Source: an uncultured Phycisphaerales bacterium
GTDB taxonomy: Bacteria > Planctomycetota > Phycisphaerae > WQYP01
NCBI GenBank assembly: GCA_963766775.1
Contig: CAVYBP010000010.1
Coordinates: 120,523-184,522, forward strand
DNA: 64,000 nucleotides
Direction of reading: 5' to 3'
Shown: piece by piece, positions 57,629-64,000 of the stretch
How positions within the stretch are numbered: position 1 is the first letter of the stretch
How the letters are laid out: each line of letters starts with the position of its first letter
Notes under the pieces: generated by a model
What the model was told of the DNA's origin: nothing
Database searches by the model: none
The model's input: the letters and a program-made list of their open reading frames with translations, nothing else
Program-made: the position numbers and the translations under genes

Positions 57629-58896
57629 TCAACTACCGAAGAGGCTGTGGGGTTGGAAGTAGCCTTTTTGGTCGAAGTATTTGAAGGCTTCGTCGACGCT
57701 GCGGAAGACTTTGTTGGCAGTTTGGGTGATGAAGGGGCTTGGTTCTTTTTTTGGTTTCCAGATGACGTAGACGTCTTTGGCGTGTTCGTGGGCGTGTTGG
57801 AGTTCGCGTTCGACGCCGCTGCTGAGGGCGGGTTTTCCGTCTCCGGCGCCGGGGCCGGCGGGGCCGGGGAGTTCGGGGATGTAGGAGATGATCATGTCGG
57901 ATTGTCGGACGAGCATGAAGTCTCGGGCGTAGATTTGGCCGTCGATGTCGGGGACGATTTGGAGGAGGTCTGCGACTTTGAGGTGGAGGGGGGAGGGGGA
58001 GGACTGAGGGGAGGGGCTTGGGGCTTGGGGGCTTGGGGCTTGGAGGGTTGAGGGTTGGGGGTTGGGGGGAAGAGGGTGAGGGTTTGTTTGCCGGCTTGGG
58101 CGGCTTGGATGGCGAGGTTGGAGAGGATTTTTTCGTCGACGTCGCCGGGGTCGAAGGCGATCATTTTTTCGGCGATTTTGGCGCGGAAGGCGTTGATCTC
58201 AGCGAGGATGTCCGGGAGGTCCATGACGTGCGACATCGGGAAGGATGGGTAGACGGTTTTCATGTTGGGGCGGAAGAGGAGGCGGAAGAGGGTTTCGTAG
58301 GTGGGGGTGGTTCGGCCACGGGAGAGGACGAAGAAGCGCGAGGAGTCCTGAGTCTTGAGTCTTGAGTCTTGAGAGGGAGCGGGGGGGGGAGGCACGGCGC
58401 CGCCTTGGTTGGGGGGGATTCGGCGGATGGAGCGGGCGAGGATTTCGGTGGCGAGGATTTCTTCTTCGCGCCAGACCATGAGGTCTTTGAGGGAGTGCTC
58501 GAAGTCGTGGTCGCGGAGCATGCGTTGGTGGACGGTTTCGATGTTGTCGACGAGGGTGACGTAGAGGTCGGCGTCGAATGCGGCGAGCTGGTCGAAGTCG
58601 AAGGCGGAGAAGAGGCCGTGCTTCCAGCGGAAGGTGGCGTGGGTGTTGACGATGACGTTTTTGTGGTTGTGCATGTCGGCGAGGATGTCGCGGAACACGG
58701 CGCGGCGAAGCGAGTTGAGGCGTGAGAGAGGGAGGTCGAGGATGCGGCCCGGGGGGACGTCGGGGGCTTCGCGGTACATCATGTCGCCGATGTGGTAGAT
58801 GTGGAGTTGTTCGCCGTTGAGTTGTGCGATGGCGGCGACCTGGTCGAGGAATGCTTTTTTGTCGAGGCCGATTTGGCCGGTGAGGAGGGTTCGCAT
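57629..58896 (-). CDS. three-domain hypothetical protein (degenerate P-loop kinase-like N-domain) whose inter-domain linkers are encoded by simple-sequence repeats; frameshift in second linker
   Basis: N-domain MRTLLTGQIGLDKKAFLDQVAAIAQ...VIVNTHATFRWKHG; linker 1 from (TGAGTCT)3.5+G9 at 58349-58389; linker 2 from (GCTTGGGG)4 at 58014-58045; C-domain in ORF 57629-57916 (DVYVIWKPKKEPSPFITQTANKVFRSVDEAFKYFDQKGYF). Confidence 0.35.
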
Positions 58897-58926
58897 GGGG
58901 GCTCCTGGGTTGGGGTGGGATGGGTT

Positions 58927-59870
58927 TTAGGGGTTGGTGAGGGGGTTGGGGTTGGTGAGGGCGTTGACTACGTCGCGGGCGACCCAGCTCATTTGGTCCA
59001 TGGCGCCTTGGGTTCGGGCGGCGAGGTGGGGTGCGAGGATGATGTTGGGGCAGTCGAAGAGGGGGTAGTCGGAGGTGGGAGGTTCGGGGTCGTGGACGTC
59101 GAGGCATGCGCCGGCGATGCGGTGGTTTTTGAGTGCGGCGGCGAGGTCGTGGGCGTTGACGACTTCGCCGCGGCAGGTGTTGACGAGGATGGCGGTGGGT
59201 TTCATTTGGGAGAGTGCGGCGGCGTTGATGAGGTGGTGGTTGAGGTTGTTGGGTTGGTGGTTGACGTGGAGGGTGAGGATGTCGGCGCGGGCGTAGAGTT
59301 CGGGTTTGGTGACGCTGATTGCGGGGTAGTCGATGAGTGGGGAGACGTCGAGGAGGTCGTTGTAGAGGACGTTCATTTGCATGGCCCAGGCGATTTTGCC
59401 GACGCCTCGACCGATGCGTCCCATGCCGAGGATGGCGATGGTTTTGCCGGAGAGTTCGAGTCCTCGGATATTTTTGCGGTAGGCGTGGAAGGCGTCGGGG
59501 GGGACGGCTTCTTTGAGGTTCACGACGGGGCGGGCGAGAGAGAAGATGAGGTTGAAGACGTATTCGCAGACGGCGCGGGAGTTGGCGGTGGGGGTGGAGA
59601 GGACCTGGATACCGCGTGCGGCGCAGGCGGGTTGGTCGATGTTGTCGAGGCCGACACCGGCGCGGCCGACGACTTTGAGTTTAGGGGCGTGGGAGAGGAA
59701 GGCGACGTTGACCTGGGTGTAGGTGCGGACGATGACGGCGTCGGCGTCGGCGAGAGCGGCGTGGAGTTTTTCGGGCTCTTTCCAGGAGACTTCGAGGACT
59801 TCGGCGTTTTCGCGGAGCCAGGCGAGGGGGATTTTTTCGAGGCTTTCGGTGAGGAGGATTTTGGGTTTCA
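58927..59870 (-). CDS. D-isomer-specific 2-hydroxyacid dehydrogenase (SerA/glyoxylate reductase-like)
   Basis: MKPKILLTES start with AAGGA RBS; NAD-binding GKTIAILGMGRIGRGVG, catalytic His region LAPHLAARTQ; embedded in spurious longer ORF 58927-60474. Confidence 0.7.
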
Positions 59871-59893
59871 TGGGGGTCCTTGTGGAAGGGGGG

Positions 59894-60012
59894 GGTAGAC
59901 GGTAGACGGTAGACGGTAGACGGTAGACGGTAGACGGTAGACGGTAGACGGTAGACGGTAGACGGTAGACGGTAGACGGTAGACGGTAGACGGTAGACGG
60001 TAGACGGTAGAC
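59894..60012. repeat. perfect heptanucleotide tandem repeat (GGTAGAC)x17 preceded by G8
   Basis: 17 identical 7-bp units; G8 at 59888-59895; lies 24 bp upstream of ATG at 59870 and downstream of HAD stop; inverted partial copies (GTCTACC x2-3) at 60039-60072. Confidence 0.9.
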
Positions 60013-60059
60013 GGAAAAATGCCACTGCCACCATTTTTCTACCGTCTTCTGTCTACCGT

Positions 60060-60791
60060 CTACCTTCTTCCGTTTGGCGACATTTTTATGTTGAGCCATT
60101 GTGCGAGTTGGGTGGGGGTGAGGTGGGAGAGGGAGGGGAGGGCGAAGGTGGCGTGGCGTTGGACTTGTTCGAGTGGGAGTGAGGTGGCGACGCCGAGGAC
60201 GCGGAGGTGGGCGGCTTTGGCGGCGCTGCAACCGCCTTCGGAGTCTTCGATGACGAGTGAGAATTCTTTTTCGAGTTCGGCGTCGTATTCGAGGTTGAGT
60301 TTGTCGAAGGCGAGGTTGTAGCCTTCGGGGTCGGGCTTGCCCATGCGGACGTCTTCGATGGTGACGAGGACGTCGAAGTGGTGGCGGAGGTGGAAGGCGT
60401 CGAGGAGGGTGAGGATTTCCTCGCGGCGGGCACCGGAGCAAATGGCGCGGGGGATGTTGTTTTGTTCGAGCCATTCGAGTGTTTCGCGGACGCCTGGGAG
60501 TGGCTCGGCGAATTCGCTGAGGTTTTTTTCGAAGAGGGCGTGCTTGGCGTCGGCGAGTTTTCGGATGAGTGCGGGAGGGTGCGGGCGGCCATGATCTCGG
60601 AGGATGTGGGTGAGGCCTTCGGTATCGCCGTAGACGATGTATCGGGTGAAGTAGGTTTGGGGGGAGATGGCGAGGGTGCCGCCGATGTCATCGGCGTGTG
60701 CGGCGAGCGTGTGGTTGTAGGCGCTGAGGTGGAGGCGTTCGGTGTCGGCGATGACGCCGTCGAAGTCGAAAATCACGCAGCCTTGGGACAT
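60060..60791 (-). CDS. HAD-superfamily hydrolase (beta-phosphoglucomutase/phosphatase-like)
   Basis: motif I VIFDFDGVIADTE, motif II/III (CSGARREE, GKPDPEGY...EDSEGG); stop TAG at 60060-60062 embedded in inverted copies of the heptamer repeat. Confidence 0.65.
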   Translation of the reverse strand: MSQGCVIFDFDGVIADTERLHLSAYNHTLAAHADDIGGTLAISPQTYFTRYIVYGDTEGLTHILRDHGRPHPPALIRKLADAKHALFEKNLSEFAEPLPGVRETLEWLEQNNIPRAICSGARREEILTLLDAFHLRHHFDVLVTIEDVRMGKPDPEGYNLAFDKLNLEYDAELEKEFSLVIEDSEGGCSAAKAAHLRVLGVATSLPLEQVQRHATFALPSLSHLTPTQLAQWLNIKMSPNGRR

Positions 60792-60871
60792 GGAGGGTTC
60801 CTTGGGAATGTCCGGTTTGTTAGTTAGGTCTTTCAGTGGTGGAGAGATTTTACAGTGAGAGGCGGGGGAGG

Positions 60872-60901
60872 GGTAATTGGTAAATAGTAATTGGTAATTG
60901 G
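60872..60901. promoter_or_regulatory. conserved AT-rich 30-mer GGTAATTGGTAAATAGTAATTGGTAATTGG = (TAATTGG)-like heptamer x4, 81 bp upstream of HAD gene
   Basis: identical 30-mer recurs at 62682-62711; variant at 52533-52562; inverted partial copy at 62755-62770. Confidence 0.5.
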
Positions 60902-60974
60902 CTGGCGCAGGAAGGAAGTACCCCCGCGGTGGGGCGGGGTGTATGTGTGATTTCCTGATTTTTGGAGGTTCCGT

Positions 60975-62033
60975 TTAGTTGCCGTTTTGGAATGGGGGAA
61001 GGGGTTCGGGTTTTCCGGGGCCGGCGTGTTCCAGCATGGTGGATCTGGGGTGGACGGTGTATTCCTCGACTTCGAGGACGCCGAAGTGGCGTTTGCCGTT
61101 TTCGGGGTAGTGGGGAACTTCGCGGCGGACGGTCATGTTGGCGATGGCTTGTTCAACGGAAATCTGGACCTGGGTGCTGACGTGGTATGAGTCGCCATTG
61201 ATGGTGACGAGGTAGGGGACGACTTCCTCGGTGTTGCCGGGATCTGCGCTTTCAATTTTGGCTTTGGAGGGCCAGTCTGCACCGTATTTCTTTTGGAAGT
61301 CGTCATGCATGTGGGTGTAGACCATCTTATAGAGAAGGTCTTCGTGGGTGTTGTTGGTCTGGCGTTCGCGGAAAGAGATGAGGAGGAAGGCGTCGTTGTA
61401 GCCTTTGTCGGTGCCGAGGGCGACGTCCTCAAGGAATTGCCTGATTGCGGCTTCGCGGGTGGTGGGGTAGTCGTCGAAGGCTCCGGCGGGATGGAACATA
61501 AGCCATGCGCCGATGCCAAGGAAGACGACAATGCCGAGCACGAGAAGGATGAGGGCGCCCTTGACGATACGGCCGATCCAGTTGGCGGCGACTTCGGACG
61601 TGGAGGTTTTTTCGGCCTCGGCTTTCATGGCGAGGAGCTTGTCCATTTGGGTGACGTCGCGGTGGCAGCGGAGGCAGAGCTTGCGGTTTTTGATGACGGG
61701 GGCGTCGCAGTTGGGGCAGAAGTCGGGCATTTTGGAGGAAGCCGGCGCTGGGGTGGCGGCGGGGCGAGCGGCAGGTGCGGTGGCGACGGGCGGTTTGACG
61801 GTGGGGGCGGGACGTTTGGGAGCGGATTCTGTGGAGGGGAGAAGGTCGTATTCGCCATCATCAGCGGGGCGTGGAGCGGGGGCTGGAGCGGCTGTCGGAG
61901 CGGGGCCGCGTTGGACGGCGGCGTGGTGGCAGGGCTCGCAGTAGTAGTGGCCTTGGGCGTCTTTGATGCGTTTAGTGGAGGAGACGTCTTTGTTGCAGAG
62001 GCGGCAGATTTTTTTGATCGCGGTGCTGGACAT
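60975..62033 (-). CDS. hypothetical membrane-anchored protein with two N-terminal zinc-ribbon motifs
   Basis: CRLCNKD...CEPCHH and CPNCDAP...CLRCHRD C4 pairs, Pro/Ala-rich linker, TM helix IVKGALILLVLGIVVFLGIGAWLMF, periplasmic domain. Confidence 0.45.
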   Translation of the reverse strand: MSSTAIKKICRLCNKDVSSTKRIKDAQGHYYCEPCHHAAVQRGPAPTAAPAPAPRPADDGEYDLLPSTESAPKRPAPTVKPPVATAPAARPAATPAPASSKMPDFCPNCDAPVIKNRKLCLRCHRDVTQMDKLLAMKAEAEKTSTSEVAANWIGRIVKGALILLVLGIVVFLGIGAWLMFHPAGAFDDYPTTREAAIRQFLEDVALGTDKGYNDAFLLISFRERQTNNTHEDLLYKMVYTHMHDDFQKKYGADWPSKAKIESADPGNTEEVVPYLVTINGDSYHVSTQVQISVEQAIANMTVRREVPHYPENGKRHFGVLEVEEYTVHPRSTMLEHAGPGKPEPLPPFQNGN

Positions 62034-62198
62034 TTGCTTCTCCCGTGACGTGGCTGAGTAGAGTTGACACGATTGTGCGGGAAAGGGGGGATGGAAGGCA
62101 AGCAAAATCGGCCGCGCGGGGGCGGCGATGGGGGTGCGTTTGGGGTGTTTTTTTGCGACACGCTAAAGCGTGAACTCCGGGGGGGGCGGGGTGTGGGG

Positions 62199-62654
62199 TT
62201 ATGGGGTATTTGCGAGGGCGGCGAGGATTTCTGCGTCGTTGCGTTCTTCGCGCATGGGTTGTTCTTTGAAGAAGGAGACTTTGCCGTCTTTGGCGACGAT
62301 GACGGTGGCGCGGCGGCCGATGTTGGCGTCGGGGAGGAATAGGTCGTACCTTTGGACGACTTCGCGTTTGATGTCGGAGAGGAGGTCGTAGGAGATTTTG
62401 AAGGCGTTGCGGAATGCTTTGTGGCACCAGACGGAGTCGATGGAGATGCCGAGGATGACAGCGTCTTTGGCGTCAAATTGGGGGAGGTCGGTCATGAAGC
62501 AGGTGTGCTCATTGGAGCAGACGGGGGAGAAATCGAGGGGGTAGAAGGCGAGTACGACTTTCTTTTTGCCTCGGAAGTCGGAGAGTTTGATTTTGGTTTT
62601 GTCCTGATTTTCGAGTTCGAAATCGGGGGCGAGTTGGCCGACGGTAATGGGCAT
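62199..62654 (-). CDS. peroxiredoxin (AhpC/TSA family, Bcp/PrxQ-like)
   Basis: MPITVGQLAPDFEL...VVLAFYPLDFSPVCSNEH with peroxidatic Cys; AGGAG RBS; ORF extends to 62765. Confidence 0.7.
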   Translation of the reverse strand: MPITVGQLAPDFELENQDKTKIKLSDFRGKKKVVLAFYPLDFSPVCSNEHTCFMTDLPQFDAKDAVILGISIDSVWCHKAFRNAFKISYDLLSDIKREVVQRYDLFLPDANIGRRATVIVAKDGKVSFFKEQPMREERNDAEILAALANTP

Positions 62655-62681
62655 GGGGGGGCTCCTGTGGGAGGGACAAAC

Positions 62682-62711
62682 GGTAATTGGTAAATAGTAA
62701 TTGGTAATTGG
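62682..62711. promoter_or_regulatory. second identical copy of the AT-rich 30-mer, 28 bp upstream of peroxiredoxin start
   Basis: exact match to 60872-60901; forms an inverted arrangement with CCAATTACCAATTACC at 62755-62770 in the peroxiredoxin/queD divergent intergenic region. Confidence 0.5.
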
Positions 62712-62822
62712 GGTATTGGCGAGATTGGGCGGGAGATTTTCAAATTCGTATGTGCCAATTACCAATTACCAGCTGTTCAGTACCCGCTTACTTTGGCACT
62801 TTGATGGAGGTAGGATAGAGCC

Positions 62823-63200
62823 ATGAAAGAGCAGCCGTTTATTGTGGAATTGACGAAGGAGTTTCGGTTTGAGGCGGCGCATAGTCTGCCGCAGGTGCCG
62901 GCGGGGCATAAGTGTGGACGAATGCATGGTCATTCGTTCCGGGTGGAGGTGACGATACGCGGGGCGGTGGATCCGCGGACGGGGTGGTTGATGGATTTTG
63001 GGGAGTTGAAGGAGAAGTTTGGGCCGTTGGAGGAGCAGTTGGATCATCGGTTGTTGAATGAGGTGGCGGGGCTGGAGAATTCGACGAGTGAGAATATAGC
63101 GAGGTGGATATGGGTGCGGTTGAAGCGGGAGGTACCGTTGTTGTTTGAGATTACGGTGCATGAGACGTGTACGAGCAAGTGCGTGTATCGGGGGGAGTGA
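62823..63200 (+). CDS. queD: 6-carboxy-5,6,7,8-tetrahydropterin synthase (6-pyruvoyl-tetrahydropterin synthase family)
   Basis: CGRMHGHSF zinc-binding motif and ~125-aa length typical of QueD/PTPS. Confidence 0.7.
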   Translation: MKEQPFIVELTKEFRFEAAHSLPQVPAGHKCGRMHGHSFRVEVTIRGAVDPRTGWLMDFGELKEKFGPLEEQLDHRLLNEVAGLENSTSENIARWIWVRLKREVPLLFEITVHETCTSKCVYRGE

Positions 63201-63241
63201 ATGGAATATTGAATGGTGAATTCTGAATGCAGAAAGGGGGG

Positions 63242-63841
63242 TTAGGGGAGGAGGTCGGCGATGGGGATTTGGGCGGTAGGGTTGGCGAGGGGGGAGAGGG
63301 ATTTGTCTGGTGCCAAAGTCAGCTTTGTGGCGTATGTAAATACGGTTTGATCAGACGCATCGGGTGCAGGATCGCGATACACTTCGAGACAACTATCCAC
63401 CAGGTTTACAATCCAATAATCACGGATGCCGACGCTCGCATAAAGGCGGCATTTTGACTGGCGGTCATAGCGTAACGATGTGTCCGCAACCTCAATGACG
63501 AGGAGTGCCGTCTGGGGATGGTGTCCCAAACGAACATAGTCCCGGGGCTTGCCGCTCACGACGGCGATGTCGGGTTCGGGGTCGGTGTTCATTCCAAAAC
63601 TCAATGGAAGTTGTGGCCGAACCCAATCATTCGGAAAAACATTTTGTATCGCGGCCATGACAAGGCCGACCGTGACCGCGTGCAAATCCCGTTGGGGGGC
63701 CATATTGAATATTTCTCCTTCAATGAGTTCGACATGCTTCTCGTGGAATAAGCCTGCTTCAGCCATGCGATAATATTCTTCTCGCGTGAACCGGTAAGGC
63801 ATGGGCTCTCGACGTTCTTGTGATGTGGTGAGCATCGTCAT
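63242..63841 (-). CDS. Uma2-family (DUF820) PD-(D/E)xK endonuclease-like protein
   Basis: YRFTREEYYRMAEAGLF...ELIEGEI and IEVADTSLRYDRQSKCRLYASVGIRDYWIVN conserved Uma2 blocks. Confidence 0.55.
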   Translation of the reverse strand: MTMLTTSQERREPMPYRFTREEYYRMAEAGLFHEKHVELIEGEIFNMAPQRDLHAVTVGLVMAAIQNVFPNDWVRPQLPLSFGMNTDPEPDIAVVSGKPRDYVRLGHHPQTALLVIEVADTSLRYDRQSKCRLYASVGIRDYWIVNLVDSCLEVYRDPAPDASDQTVFTYATKLTLAPDKSLSPLANPTAQIPIADLLP

Positions 63842-63842
63842 A

Positions 63843-64000
63843 CAGGGATTATACCGTTCCCTTGGGCTGGTGATCCATGAAATCCTGGAGGATTCTGGCG
63901 GCGGCGAGGGCGTCGACGCGTTGGCGTTTTTGCATGCGGGTGAAGTGGCCGGCGAGTTTGGATTCGGAGTCGTGGCTGGTGAGGTATTCGCTGAAGCGGT
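63843..64000 (-). CDS. ruvX: Holliday-junction resolvase-like YqgF/RuvX, C-terminal fragment (continues beyond window)
   Basis: translated C-terminus RFSEYLTSHDSESKLAGHFTRMQKRQRVDALAAARILQDFMDHQ resembles RuvX C-terminus; ORF open at window end. Confidence 0.45.

Noticed and set aside
59894-60012. possible CRISPR array
   Set aside because: 7-bp units in perfect tandem without spacers, and no cas genes; this is a simple-sequence repeat, not CRISPR.
58199-60474. long minus-strand ORFs (58199-59107; 5' extension of 58927-60474 translating the repeat as STVYRLP x17)
   Set aside because: The real gene starts at MKPK (59870) with an RBS; the upstream extension is translation of the heptamer array and Arg/Pro-rich noise.

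Overview
High-GC (~63%) chromosomal segment, probably from a PVC-superphylum bacterium (Planctomycetota/Verrucomicrobiota). Evidence for the phylum: abundant prepilin-type DUF1559 proteins, a PEP-CTERM protein with autotransporter beta-strand repeats, a planctomycete-style 'LExRxLLS' N-terminus on a secreted protease, and a GT39 glycosyltransferase. No rRNA, tRNA or CRISPR array was found. Gene content, left to right: (1) a cyclase-family gene (ORF open to the window start, so its 5' end may lie upstream) and a large PEP-CTERM adhesin-like gene; (2) a GH27 alpha-galactosidase and two tandem paralogous prepilin-like genes, each with its own hairpin terminator; (3) an AraC regulator; (4) a decaying locus of two paralogous secreted beta-propeller genes flanking a 660-bp IS200/RAYT-like HuH transposase element (13-bp terminal inverted repeats inside hairpins) and a heavily frameshifted GH2 lacZ-like gene; (5) a GntR-controlled operon for non-phosphorylative 6-deoxyhexose (L-fucose/L-rhamnose) acid catabolism (MFS permease, MR/MLE dehydratase, FAH hydrolase, beta-hydroxyacid dehydrogenase, ALDH), followed by a CAZyme cluster (GH39-like, PQQ sugar dehydrogenase, GH2, GH43, GH29, GH27); (6) housekeeping genes rpsR, a ferredoxin, gyrB, arfB, topA, dprA, and a partial ruvX at the right edge; (7) GH12, an SDR, an isochorismatase-like gene, a GT39/ArnT-like glycosyltransferase, and an S53 sedolisin fused to a P-domain; (8) a ~4.2-kb low-GC (~50%) island carrying an MmeI-like Type IIL/IIG restriction-modification gene plus a small PD-(D/E)xK protein, preceded by a 0.9-kb G-rich gene-free repeat region; (9) a redox/pterin cluster (D-2-hydroxyacid dehydrogenase, HAD, zinc-ribbon membrane protein, peroxiredoxin, queD, Uma2 nuclease) marked by heptanucleotide repeat elements, namely a (GGTAGAC)x17 array abutting a start codon and a conserved (TAATTGG)4 30-mer upstream of several genes. 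About 30 single-base frame disruptions interrupt otherwise well-conserved genes, including the essential gyrB and topA. This pattern points to indel sequencing errors in the assembly, not real pseudogenes, though a few (the poly-G tract in the DUF3179 gene, the R-M gene) could reflect real variation.
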